From the human T2T-CHM13v2.0 reference genome, Homo sapiens, in the NCBI RefSeq assembly GCF_009914755.1, contig NC_060932.1: a DNA stretch of 64,000 bases; one strand, given 5' to 3'. The notes beneath the pieces are model-generated. The model made no database searches and was not told the origin of the DNA. It saw only the letters and a list, made by a program, of their open reading frames with translations. The translations under genes and the position numbers were made by a program. Below are positions 30,724 to 46,908 of the stretch, one piece after another (within the stretch, counting starts at the first letter, position 1; each line of letters opens with the position of its first letter).

Positions 30724-31032
30724 GCCTCTTTGGAGGCCAAGAAGTCTCATGATTTACCATCTACCAGATGGAGACCCAGGAAAGCCAGTGGTGTAGTTTG
30801 AAGGACTGAGAGCTGGAGAACCAATAGTATACATTCCAGTCTGGGTGTGAGGACCTGAGAACCAAAAAATGCTGAGGGCAGGACAAGATTGATGTCCCAG
30901 TTCAAATGATCAGGCAGAGTTATTCCAGCCTTCTTTTGCCTTTCTGCTCTATTCAGCCTCTTAATGGTTGGATGATGTTAACCCACATTGGGGAGGGCCA
31001 TTTGCTTTATTCAGTCCACCAATTCAAATGCT
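30653..31032 (-). mobile_element. MLT2 (ERVL) LTR, truncated, containing (AC)16 at 30689-30720
   Basis: tgtattaatcaaggttctcaaaagaaacagaa...ggagacccaggaaagccagtggtgtagtt...cccacattggggagggcca...tcagtccaccaattcaaatgct. Confidence 0.85.
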
Positions 31033-33049
31033 GGATGGAATAAGAGAAAGACTGAAGACAGAGTCCAGATTTGAGGGATGAATGGTTTGATTTAATGGCT
31101 TCAGAAGTGGAGAAGCAAAAATGTTAAAGATCTATTAATACCTTTTGTATATGAGAGATGAAGGAATTGGAGGAATCAAAGATTATAAAGCTTTCAAGTT
31201 TGGATTGGTGAGAAAACCATAATGGTATTAGAGAGAAAAAGAAGAGGGTTGTGGAGGTAAGTTAGCTGAAGCCAGTAATGAGTTTGGTTTTCAATACACT
31301 GAACCTTTTGAGGTTGATTCCATAAAAGGTAGTCATGTCCTCATATGCAATGCTCCCAAGTGTCACAGAGTGATAACAATGGACCAGTGTAGTCACTGAT
31401 CCCACCCATGTAGCATTTCTTATTTTCTTCAGTTAAATTCTACAAACTCATCAGTATCTCCTACTAATACTGCCACAACAGTGATCTCTGCTTAGTTATC
31501 TGTCAGGTCAACATACTGTGAGCCTGATTATGGCAAGGGCTGCCTGTAATCTGTCTCCCAAGTCCTGAAGATAGCACCTGCCACTTGGTAGGTGATCAGT
31601 AATTGGTTGTTGCATTGGCATCCACAGTGTGCCCAGGTCAAGGTGATGATGATACACAGATGAGTCAAATGAGGAGATAGCACTGGTGTAATGTGGGAAC
31701 ATGGAGAAGAGGAGGAGTGATAATTCTGTTTGGGGGTTGAACAAGCCTTCAAAGAGATGTGACATTGAAGGATAAAGGATTTACTGGGGCTAAGGAGGGA
31801 AAAAAGATATTTTTAGGACAGGAAACTAGAAGAGCAAAGGCATGCAGGTGTGAGAGTATAAGATGTGTTTGCTCAATGACTGGAGGAGCAAGTTCACAGA
31901 GAGGAGAAATAAGTGGATGGTGCTAGAACTGGAAACGTATGCAGGTGGACTATAGAAAACCTTGCTAAGGCTCTTATGTGCTCTCACACTTCTTAGGACA
32001 GAAATTATTTTTAGAGTGAGGAAAGAAGGGGAGGGAGGTTGTTAGATGGTAATTTAATCTGGTATCTTTTAGTAGAAGCACAGAGAACTGGGAATGAAGA
32101 GTTTTGAGTTTTAATTTTTGTTGCTAACTAATGTGATTAGGACAAAGTTATAAAAATTCTCTGAACTATCTAGGGTTAGTTTCTGTTATTTATAAATACT
32201 ATTATTAGTAGTATAATTTTTATTTGATACAAGAATTCCTAAAAGTTTTTTTTTTCAGGAAAATATCTAGTTTTTTTAATTTTAAAAAATCTAATAAACC
32301 AAACAACAGTTCATACTCTTTTGGTCACATAGGCATCAATGAAATAATTTCTATTCTGACTGTCATGGAGAATCATTAGCCTGTTACCTGCTAATGTTCC
32401 CTTTGTCTTTTACACTGTGGTTTTTTGTAAACTATGTCAGTCTTACTATGATTCAAAGGACATTAAAGCAAATGGGGTGTTTAGTGACAAAAGTATTTAC
32501 AAAAAGCTTTTTTTTTTTTAAGTTCACACTGCCGTATTGTACTCTCCTCAACCTTACTTTTAAGTACATTTTCTATACTTAATTTGGGAGAAATTACCAT
32601 AAAACATTTAGTGCTTTGTTTTCTGATATGGTTTGGTTTTGTCCCTTAGTTCATGGAATTGAACATTTGCCTTCAGACTGTATTTATGTATTACTTTCAT
32701 CTGAAGAACATTTATTAAGCACCTGTTTGTGGGCATTGCCAGTGATATAACTGGTCTGAACAAAAATATAGCTAATGATGTGCAAGCAGAAAGTGTAAGT
32801 TTCCTGCAGCCTTTTAAAATAATATTTTACTGATCATAAAAGCAATGTGCTTAGAATGTAATATATGTAGAACTTTGAAAAATAAAGAAAAGCACAATTA
32901 GGAAAATAAAATTCCATGAAATTCTACTGCCTGAAGATAAGAGCTGTGAATATTTTGGTCTGTTTGCATGCTCTGGTTTTTTTCCCTATGCATTTAAATA
33001 TTTATGTACATTTACAATATCTTGTGAATGCTTCCCCTCTTTTAAATGA

Positions 33050-33275
33050 GAGTATAGTGTGATTGTTCAGGACTTGGCTTTCCTCATCCAATTAATAATG
33101 ACAGTGTGACCTTTATCAACTTATTTCGCCTTTCAAAGGCTCTGTTTTATTTTCTGCAAAAAGGGAATAATACTAGTGTCTACTTCACAGGTTTGGAGTC
33201 AGGGCAAAATGAGATAATGCATTTACCGCACTCAGAGCCTGGCTCATTACAGGAGTTCTTTATTATTGGATATTG
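33050..33275 (+). mobile_element. MIR
   Basis: gtgtgaccttt...ttttctgcaaaaagggaataata...aaatgagataatgcat...agagcctggctca. Confidence 0.7.
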
Positions 33276-34089
33276 CAGTTATTTCATTTTTTTCATGTAT
33301 GTAATGTTTGCTAAGCTATGCACAGTCAGTGCCATCAGTTTCCTTACCATTCAGTTGTTAATCACAGAGTTTGATTCCATTACAATAATAATCGCTGAGT
33401 CAGACTTTCACCCCACTGTAACTTGTCCCTAGTGGAAATTTTTCCATTAGTTTCTGAAACTTGGGACCTCTCTGTTGTTTCCCTCATGCAGATTTGGTCA
33501 CACTAGATGACCTCATTTGGTTGTCGTGGGGTTTATTTCTGTAGTGATGATAGCCTCTTACATTCCCTCCACCATAGAACTTGGTAGGGATGAGAACTAG
33601 CTGGACGGGGCCAGTAACGGGGTTGCATATGACCTTCTGGGTGGTTCTAGAGTCTGGATCTGAGTCACTTCTGGCAATGGATCAGCCATAGGATTTCATA
33701 AGAGTGGCCATTAGAGCCCTTTTAAGCAGAATACTGAAGTCTGGGGATGGAACCAACCTAGGATTAAGAGTTGGGGAATCAGCTATCACCAGCATGAGGT
33801 GGGATGGAGAAGGGGATGAGGCTAGCACAACATTAGGGAATTTTGCTGCTGTTTTGGTGGGCAATATAGGTTTGGCTGTGTGTTTGTCTTCTTGTGTCTT
33901 GGTGACATCTTAGAGCCTCACACTACTCCCTTCCTCAACTTATTTATTTATTGGAAAATATAATAAAATTGAGATAATTTTTACCTTTAACATAAAAGTT
34001 CGGCTCTAAAAAATGTTTGGCAAAGCAGAAACTCTAAGTACTAATGAGGATATGAGTTGCTCCTACAGCCACTTTAGAGAGCTACTAAA

Positions 34090-34800
34090 TGCAAATAAGC
34101 ATGACCTGATTCTAGGCTCACACCCTAAAAAATCTCTCCCACAGTACTAAGACAGACTTGTACAAGCATATTTATAGCAGTGTTGTTTGTAAAAATATGA
34201 AATTATTATTAAGGAAGAGTAGTAAACCAGGTCAGATTTATACAAGGAAATACTAGAAAGCAGTTAAAATGGATGAACTGTAGTTACATATGTCAGCCTG
34301 AATTAAACAACGTTGAATTTAATAGGTGTGTTGAGAATTACAGGTACAGTATCATACAATTTAAATGATATTAAAGAACATGCAAATGATACTGTATTTA
34401 TGCATTTATGTATAGTGAAAGTATAAATGCATTCATTCACATGTTGAATACTGTATTTAGATAACAAGTGCTATGTCTAGAGAAGGAAGAGAATGAGATG
34501 GGGGAGATAAAGCATCAGAGATTTGTATTCTATGGATATGTATTTAAGTTAAAAAATGACAGCAAAAACAAATATTTGAGGGGGTGGATACCACGTTTTC
34601 CATGATGTGATTATTATACATTGCATGCCTATATCAAATATCTCATGTACCCTATAAATGTATATACCTATTATGTACCCACAAAAATTAAAAGTAAAAA
34701 ATTTAAAAGGACAAAATATTAAGTTTTAAGGAGACTGAAGTATGTTTTATATTCTCTATTTGTTATCTGATTAACGTATTTCACCATTTTCTTAAATGGG
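34090..34800 (+). mobile_element. L1ME 3' fragment with a nested L1MA 3' end (~34575-34708)
   Basis: catgatgtgattattatacattgcatgcctatatcaaatatctcatgtaccctataaat...tatgtacccacaaaaattaaaa is an L1MA 3' terminus. Confidence 0.7.
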
Positions 34801-34922
34801 GAAATAAGGACAGAGGAAATTAACATATAACCACAACAAATTCTAGCAGTGCAAGGGAAAGTAAGCCTTTATCACACTGCTGATCCCTGATCCCTTGTTC
34901 CTGTGGCCAGAGAAAACTGCTG

Positions 34923-35233
34923 TTTTTTTTTTTAATTTTTATTTTTTATTTTTTGAGACGGAGTCTCGCTCTGTCTCCCAGGCTGGAGTGCAGTGGTGCA
35001 ATCTCCTCACTGCAAGCTCTGCCTCCCAGGTTCACGCCATTCTCCTGCCTCAGCCTCCTGAATAGCTGGGACTACAGGCACCCACCACCATGCCCGGCTG
35101 ATTTTTTGTATTTTTAGTAGAGACGGGGTTTCACCGTGTTAGCCAGGATGGTCTCGATCTCCTGACCTCGTGATCCACCCGCCTGGACCTCCCAAAGTGC
35201 TGGGATTACAGGCTTGAGCCACCGCGCCCGGCT
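34923..35233 (-). mobile_element. AluY full length
   Basis: caagctctgcctcccaggttcacgccattctcc and gttagccaggatggtctcgatctcctgacctcgtga; near-TSD gaaaactgct / gaaaactact. Confidence 0.95.
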
Positions 35234-36914
35234 GAAAACTACTCTTAATAGTTACCCATGAATCCTCATGACAGCCGGTGATATAGAAGCATATTGTATG
35301 CACATTCCTTTTACACCTGCATGGTAAATGCTCTTTGCTCCTTTCACTACACTATGTATACCTTGGAGGTCATTTATCCTGCAATATCTGACCTTTTCTT
35401 CTAAAGAAACTTTTGCTTCATGAAGGTAAGTACAACTACAGTTTCTCTAAAGCTCAGTTTTGAAATCAGTGATATAAAATACATAGGGTCAGTTTTACAT
35501 AGTAAGTTGTCAAGACAGATTGCACTCAGACTCAAACCAACCTTGAAAACAAAGTACTGTATATCTGTATTTACATTTGAAAGGCTCTTTTCCCACTTCA
35601 GTTTGTCAAACAGTTGAATATGTTAAGCTTGAGACTAGAGACAATGTCAGGGTGAACATATGTGAGGGATTCACACTTCTCAAAGAAAAGCACGCTTTTT
35701 GTGGCCTTGGACAAAGCTGGGATTCCGTGCTGTTGTTATTTTCACAAGTCCCTCTACTGAGATCATGACTGCATCTTAGAGTTGCTGTTGAATACAGATG
35801 ATGTTAATTTTGTTCTCATTCATATTCTATTTAGTTTTTACCAAACTAAATGTTTATTAGTTGGTGATATTTAGGAAGTTTGATAGGATTGTGACTATAT
35901 AGCTATATTTTATGAAAAATGGAGGAAAAGTTCCCTTTAAAATACCTAAATTTTTTTTGAGTTAAAGAAAGAAAAATAAAATTCATGAAATAGTGACGTG
36001 AAGCTTGGTAGTTTAGCTGCAGCTGCCAGGTGTCTAGGCTGGCTCTTGGGAGAGATTATTATGGGATCACAGTGAGCCTGGCTACACAGAGCATGGAAAG
36101 TCCCCTCGTCCTTGTCATCACAGAGTTTGGCTTACAGACCTCTCCTCTCAAAGATGGAGGCTTCTGGTCTTTCTGATATTGTTTTCTCTTCCTGTCCCTC
36201 CTTATAGAGAGAAATCCAAAATATTTTTGCTAAAATTCTCTAGAGTTGAATTTGGGAACACCAGGGGATAAAACCCCTCATGTTAAGGCATGTAGGAGGA
36301 AAGGTATCCTCTTATCAATCGAATTGTAGTTCAAATATGCTGTAAACCCACCTGTTTACTCCTTCGTGGTGGCCGTAAGATGTGAAAAGGCAGGGGCTCC
36401 AGAAGTTCTAGGTAGGAGTCCTTTGTTCTTATGTTTTTCAAGGGTCTCATGGTGACCAACATTGTTAACTTCTTTTAGCCTCTGTTTCCTCACCCTCAAA
36501 TGAGGTCAATAGTATCTACTTTCAGAAGTGATATTCAAAATATCTGATATGGGAGTGGGACTTGGCTGTTATCAGACAGATGGCATATGCATCCCGTAAT
36601 GTTGTGCCTGGTGCTGTAAGGTTGTGCCTGGTGAATGTCAACTAGGACTGTTTTACAGGGTTGCTATAAGGGTAAGATAAGATCATGCACATGAATGTGC
36701 TTTGAAAACTGCAAGGGGATACATAAATTTGTACTATTAATGCAAAATACATGCAATGGGCAGGAAGTTTGAGAAGTGCTTTGAGCTGTTTGACCAGAAG
36801 ATTCTTTAATGAGAATAAGGAATTATTGCCCTGTGATGTCAATGTATTTAAATATATGCTTATTATACATATATTGAACTATATATATAATATACATATA
36901 TTACACATATATTG

Positions 36915-37460
36915 AACTCAGCAATTGAATGCTTAGGTATTTACCTAAGAAAAATGAAAACACAATTCTACTCAAAGGCTTATAGGTGAATATTCACCGT
37001 AGTTTTATTCATCATAGCTAAAAACTGGCAACAATTTCTTATGTTGATCACCTGCTGAATGAGTAAACATGCTGTGATGCCTCCATACAATGGAACACTA
37101 CCCAGCAATAAAATGGAACACATGCCTGATGGACACAGTAATGTAGACAAGTCTCAAGTGCATTATGCTAACTGAAAGAAGACAGACACAAAACATTACG
37201 CACCATATGATTCTATTTCTATGAAATTCTATCAAAGGCAAAACTTTAGCAACAGAAATCAGATAGTGGTTTTCAGGGGCCGGGGTCAGGGGAGAGATTG
37301 GCTGTAAGAGGTATGAGGAAACTTTCTGAAGTAATGGAAATATTCTATCTCTTGATTGTGGTGGTGGTTACATGATTCTATATGTATTTGTCAAAATCTA
37401 TGGAATTGTATACTGAAAAATTGATCAATTTCATTATACATAAATTATACTTCAAAAAAA
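36915..37460 (+). mobile_element. L1MC/ME 3' UTR fragment
   Basis: cagcaatt...ttaggtatttacctaagaaaaatgaaaac...atatgattctatttctatgaaattcta...ggaaatattctatctcttgattgtggtggtggttacatga. Confidence 0.75.
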
Positions 37461-37639
37461 TGGAACTGGGTAAAAATAGTTCCCTCATGAAAAAAATAGA
37501 AAATGCAATGTTGAAAGAGAAAGGAGGAACATTCTTTACAAAACAAAATGTTTCTTCTTTATAGGCTATATATTTCAGTTTCAGCTTCGAGTAATGAATT
37601 TTATGGCTTCGTCTCTTGCATTGAGCATTACACTCTAGT

Positions 37640-38050
37640 GAACACCCAACTTGCTAAGTCGTCCCCCATACACACCTTACTGTTTCTCTCTTTGTTATCA
37701 TTTCCTTATGCTGAGCACTTGCCTGGAGTAGCTCCCTCCCCCAGCCTTCCCTGGGGCTCTCATTTCCTCCCTCACTCATTTGGTTAACTCTTATTTACCA
37801 TTGAAGATTCAGTTTGGAATTCACCTTCTCCAAGAGCCTTCCCCTGGTTTCTCCCCATCCCTTTCACATTGGGGCTCATTTGGGTATCCCTGGCCATTAG
37901 CTTTGTCAGTATACTCACCAGATTTCACTATAAGTAGCTCTTTATGGGTTTGTCTTCCCCAAAAGAGGTTAAGGACTATATCTTACACACTTTTATACCC
38001 TGGTGCCCAGCATGTTGCTGATGGTCAATAGATGTTTGTAGAATTAGTGA
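37640..38050 (+). mobile_element. L2 3' fragment
   Basis: caccttctccaagagccttccctgg...cccagcatgttgctgatggtcaatagatgtttgtagaat. Confidence 0.6.
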
Positions 38051-41000
38051 TTGGGAGTGCCAAAGGGAGTGGTGAGGACATGTGAGATTGTGGAAAGAAT
38101 GCAAGGGAAGGAAGATTATTTGAATCCCAGTCTCTCACTTAGTGGTTAGAGTAACTTTGGACAAGTTGGTTAATGTGTCTCAGATAGAAGATGGAGATCT
38201 AGACCCATCTACTGGATAGGATTACCATAAGATCTACATAAAACTATGATGTGAAAGCACTCTGTACCTAGTAAAGCAGTTCACACACATAAGTTATTAT
38301 TATGTCATTGGAAGAGTGTTGTTTCTCAGCTCTTGGATATAGCAATGTAAACCAAACCAAACGGATAAAATATATTCACCTTCAACTTTAAGGGTAGTGT
38401 CTGCATTGCATTGATATGTTCACCTGACTCCTTATAGCATCTAGTTAGAACTTCCTCTGCTCATAAGAGACAGCTATAGTCTTGTCAGTCCTTTCACTCT
38501 GTTATTTCTCATTGAAGCAATTGCTAACCAGTGTATATAATTTTTGAAAACATGGATCTTGTTTTATTTAGCTTTGGGTCCTCTATAGCACTTACTAGAG
38601 TTCATTGCATCTAGAAATGTTAAAATGGCAAGCCAAGTAGAGGTTAACATAGACATCTAGAGAAATGTTATCCAGTTTTCCAGAGAAGGCTAAATATCAA
38701 AATAGTGTTGTAATTAAATCTTATTTTTAGAATCTGATAAAGTAATTTTGGGTTACCACAGAAATCTTTCAAGTTTAAGCTAATAAAATATTAATGTCCT
38801 GGATCTTTGGAAATCTACTAATGTCTTCATTTGGAACTTCATAAGAATCAAGAATTTCACTGCATCTAAGATCCGTTTTCCACAAGTCTTAAAATCTGAA
38901 CTACAGCACGTTATCTATGTGATATTCTTTCTAGCATTTCATAAACGTATTCTTTTAAAAAAATAATTATTTTATCTTGATTATAGAAGAATGGAGTCTA
39001 TACCTTATTTGTAGGTGATAGAGCAAGCACCAGGCCCTTGACCCACTCTTACTGCCTCCGTTCATCATTATTTTTAGTTTCTACTAACCTTTATTGTATT
39101 ATTTGGAACAAAATGGAAGAAAACCTAACTGGGTGTATAAATTTTGATGTACATTAACAATTCATCAAAGTGATATTATAGATAATGTGACTGTTTTCAT
39201 AAACAAAACAGGACTAAAATAAATGAATATGCAGAAGAAAGTGTGAGAGATACTGAAATATTTTGCTGGTATAGTATATTATGCAGATGTTTGCATTTAT
39301 GAGGTAGAACTAGAAAACAAAAAAACTCTATGTTATAATCATTTTTAATAAATGAATTTTTATTTCCAGGTAATTTATACCTATATTCAAGTCTTGGTAA
39401 GCAATTTAAAATAATTTGCTGACTTGTTGATCTCACCTTTCAAATAATATGCCAAGGGCCAATAACTTCTTGCAACATGTATAGATATTTATCCAAATGT
39501 GTTTTTGATAAGGATATGAAAATATTTGGGGAATAAATCCAATACTTATGCTTATTTATGGTACATAAATCGGAGTTTCCCATGAGTGACCGTAAAAATT
39601 GGAGGAAGTGGAAAGAAAGAGGAACTGAAATATAAACCAAATGTTTGTTTATGGGCTTTATTTAGAAATCCACATTAGTGATTCTGACATTGGGATATTA
39701 ATCCAAAATTTCCTTTCTTTGTGGATTATTTTCACACAAAATTGTACATTCTCATGAGGCAATTCTCTTTGGAGTACCCATAGAGAATTATTACATTTTT
39801 ACCAGATAGGTTCTTTTTAATATTCTAATCTAGCAAATTTGCATTTAAGAAAACTACTTTATTCCAGGATAGCTTTTTTGCACAAGTTATTGTTCTGCCC
39901 ACCTCCCCTCAAATAAAACCAGCATCATAACTTCTCAGAGCTTTGTCTGCTTTCAAGATTCTTTGGCACCTGCACTGGGTTATATGCCATACCAAAAATG
40001 TTTCCCAGCCATTCATGTTTAAATACATTTAAGTTTACATTAATTTTTAAAAGGATTAAAAGCACCTTCAAAAATGAAGCATGTATTCTCTAAGCAGCAA
40101 GTATTAATTTATAGGGGCTGTTCATGGAAAAAAATGCTGTTATTGTATGTCTCTTGCCCCATGCATAATAAAGAACTTTTCTTTTTGAAAGTAATTGCTG
40201 TAAAATATTCCTTGAGGGATCAAAATATTAGTATGACTGGGAAGTAGGATCTCTGTTCTTAGGCAGATTGTTTTGTTACTTAGTTCCAAATATAAAACTG
40301 GACAAAAGTAGGTGAGGTAAGGGAATGATAGAGTGGTTAGAAGAGATCTTTAGATAAGAACATCTTTGGCAACAGGGATAGGGCCTTCACGATCTTTCTT
40401 AAAATCCTGGAGCGGCAGGCTTCACGTGGGAGGAAACCAGGGGTTGCCACTAGATCAGCTAAGAGACAAGCAAATAAGAGGCTGGGTGCAGAAAATGCTG
40501 AGTCTCTCCGAAGGTTTTTCCCTCAAGCTGAGCTGGTGTCTGGTTTTCTGACCACATGTTGTTTCTTCTCTTTATAAGAGTGAAACAACATTCCTGTTTA
40601 AAAAAAAAAAGCCAAAATGTTTGTCATCAAGCCTGACAGTGATATGGGTCCTCACTCAAATACAGTGAGACTTCTTCCTACGATATTGGTCCTGTGGAGT
40701 TAGGTCAGAAGGATGTGGTTATAAAATAAAGTGATTTCATTTTGTTTATCTCCTACTCAGAAACTTTCAGTGTTCCCCCTTTCCCGCAGTGACAACAGGA
40801 AAAGGCCCAAAAGCTTCAGCATGGCAGGTGGAGGCCTTCTAGAACCTGGTTCCAATCTTAGCATAACTTTTACCACTTCCTAACTCAAGCCTCAACTCTA
40901 GCTCAACCATTCTTCTATGTAATCAAGAGATATTCTAGGCACTTCTGGTGGGAAGTAGAGAATAAGCCAAGGCTGGGAGGGGTGAGGCCTGGGGAACTTT

Positions 41001-41679
41001 AACAGAGATTAGTACCCAGATCACTAAATTTGGGGTTGGAGGGTGAGGCAAAGAACTCTGGTACTGTCTACACTGACAGTCTTTCTAAGGTACCTTTCCA
41101 AGAAGAGAAGACAGTGCTTGCCTAGTGACTGTGATGGTTCAGGGATAATGTGACAATTCTTGACACCCTGCTGTTACTTTACTTATAGATCAGAACATAT
41201 TCTGTGAGCTGATATATTAGATTTTAGAAGGAGAAGCCAATCCCAAAAGACAGGTAGGAATTAAATGGGGAACTCAGGATACCCAACTATCAGTTTGGTG
41301 GCCAGAGCTGGACTTGCTTTCTTGAGGAAATTATGATGAAAACCAGGGCCTGAGTCTTGCAGTCAAACTGGCCTCTGAAAGAGAGGGCTGGAGGTGGGAA
41401 TGGGTGGGAAAATGGCAGCTCACTCTGCTGCCTAGGACTCATAACGCCTGGTATATCAGATACCAGAAAACAAGTATTATACTATTCCAGAGATTATCTG
41501 TCTTACTAATAGGGCCCTGGGTAGGGCAGAGCCTATAGGCTTTTAATTTTGACACCTGGGCAGGACAAGTTCTTTCAGTGACGGACACTTATCTTCCAGC
41601 ACTATAATAGGCCTCATTATGGTACATATGATAAATTATCTTGTCCAATTAATTTATGCCACTTTAGACTAAGGACTGT

Positions 41680-41747
41680 CATATATATACATATATATAC
41701 ACACATATATATACACACATACATATATATGCACATATATATATATA
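41680..41747. repeat. Compound (TA)n/(CA)n microsatellite
   Basis: Direct reading. Confidence 0.9.
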
Positions 41748-42477
41748 GTTTCTTTAGGTCTTACCAAAGTATTAAATACTTTTTGAACAAATAACGTATT
41801 TTGGGGGGCATTATTCTGTCCACTTACCTAAATCAAGGATGATATAAACAATAAATACAATTTCAATAAATTAGATTTTAATTTTTTTTTAATGAACAGA
41901 AAGCCAATTGATTGGTTTCCTGAAGCTCTATTGTTTCCTCCTGTCAATGGAATACAAAATCACAGGAACTCTTTATCACTTAGATTGGAGATTACGAATG
42001 CCGTGAAGGCAAGTAACTGCCTTTCTTCTTCTAATTATTTTGGAAAGAACATATTTTTCACTAGAAAGACCAGAAGCTGGAAAGCCAAAGGCTTTGGCCA
42101 CAAAACTGTGAAGGGACTCTGGATGGATGGAGGCTCCACAAGAGCTTCATTCCAAATTAAGATGTTCAGGCTACATTGAAGAAAGCAATCTATTTGCCTT
42201 GGAAAAATTTATTAGTGCTAAGAGCTAATATATGAAATATACAATCTGTATCTGGATGTTTGCATTTCTCTAAATCTTGCCCTCAACATATATATCATTT
42301 TCAATAAATGGTTTTGAGCCATAATTTTTTCATTCATTCTATATGCCAGTTGGTGTGCAGGTGGTGTTGATATAGAAATGAGTAAGGCACAGGTGCTAAC
42401 ATCAGGGGCTCACAGTCCTCACTGGCATCAGGTGAAGCACTGCATGCAATACAAGGACAAGTCCTCAAGCAACTGAT

Positions 42478-42905
42478 GCATAGATTTTTAAAAAGTGGTA
42501 TAGCCATACAACAGAATAGTCTTTGGCAATAAAAATGAATGAAGTACTGGTGCATGCTAAAAACCTCAGAAACATTAGGATAAATGAAAAATGCCAATCA
42601 CAAAAGACCACATTTTATATGATTCCATTTATATAAAATGTATAGAATAGGCAAAGACATGGAAATAGAAAGTACATTGGTAGTTGCCAGGGGTTTGGCA
42701 ACCCCACTTTGCCAGCGGAGGGTGCAGATGGGGAGTGATTATTAATGGTACTGTGTTTGTCGTAGAGGTGATTAAAACCTTTCAAAATTGATTGTGGTGA
42801 TGGCTGCATAACTCTGTGAAATACTAAGAACCTTTAAATGAACGCTTCAAATGAGTGAATTGTATGACATGTGAATTTAACCTGAACAAAGGTATTATAA
42901 AAAGA
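42478..42905 (+). mobile_element. L1MB 3' UTR fragment
   Basis: aatgaagtactg...caaaagaccacattttatatgattccatttatat...ttgtggtgatggctgcataactctgtgaa. Confidence 0.8.
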
Positions 42906-43424
42906 GAGAGAGAGAAATGGTAGGAGGAGATAGATCTTTCAAAAAATTGTGAATTAGGGGAAGTAGAGAAAAGGGAAGGTGTTAAAAGAAGATGTTTTAA
43001 TCTACATTGGTTATCAAATGTACACAACAGTTTTAAGTACACATTCTCATTTCATCCAAACAACATTGCTGTGATTTTGCTGTTATTTAGATAAGGAAAT
43101 GGAAGCTTGGAGAGCTTAAGCGATTTGCCAAAATACATACAACTTAACAAGCAGAATGGGCTATTAAGGTCAGACCTGAGGAAAGCAGATCACAGTTGAG
43201 GGGGTTGGAGGAAAAAAAGAAAGAAAGAAAGAGAAAGAAAGACAAGATGAAGATACAGGGATTTTGAATTCTCTGATCCCAGAAGCTCTCATTGGCTAAA
43301 TCACAGTTTTAGCACTGTTCACTTTTATTCTTTTGTAGGCTAATGTACTAAGCTAATTATGTATTTACATTTTAAATTCCTTGAGGACTAGGCAATGTCT
43401 CTATCATTTAGATTCTTCTAGGTA

Positions 43425-46280
<2,856 letters not shown>

Positions 46281-46908
46281 AATATTTGGGGACCTGACTA
46301 CCCATTTGCCTGTTTTGGGCAACTGTATTCTGAGAAAAATCTGAGCTCATTGGCAACCAATCAGTAGAAGTAGGGTGGCCACAGATACAGACATATGTCC
46401 TTGTTAGTTGTTATTATTTTGTAAGAGAGTATCACCTGTAGTGTCAATATGTATTACCCTGCCCTGAACTGATAACATGGAACACACATTAGCTCCAAGT
46501 TTTTGGCAGAGATGCTGTCCTTTAACTCTTTGTTATTCAATCCTCATCAAATCCTTCTTTCCTTTTTCTAATTGCACTCCTTTTATACTCCCGTATCAAA
46601 TCCTTCAATGTAAACTGTTAATTCTATTTCTAAAATATATTGCAAATTCAGCCACTTCTTTTTCTCTTCTGTGAAATCAGGCCTGGCCATCTCCATCATC
46701 TTTGTTTAGGTCTTTCTTTTCAGCTGGTTACATTACTTTCAAGTCTGTCTCTCCTCTACTCCGTAACTGAAAAACTATATTTTTTTTCTATGGAAATTCC
46801 ATCACATAGCTCCCTGAAGGTCCTCCTGCCTAGAAAAATTATCATCACACAATTACCTTTTAAAACACATCTTAAAAACCCAATCAGCAAATGTTTGAGG
46901 GGCTAATA

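Noticed and set aside
33396-33667. Two AP-1 TGAGTCA motifs as an enhancer
   Set aside because: A 7-mer is expected several times by chance in 64 kb; there is no independent support.
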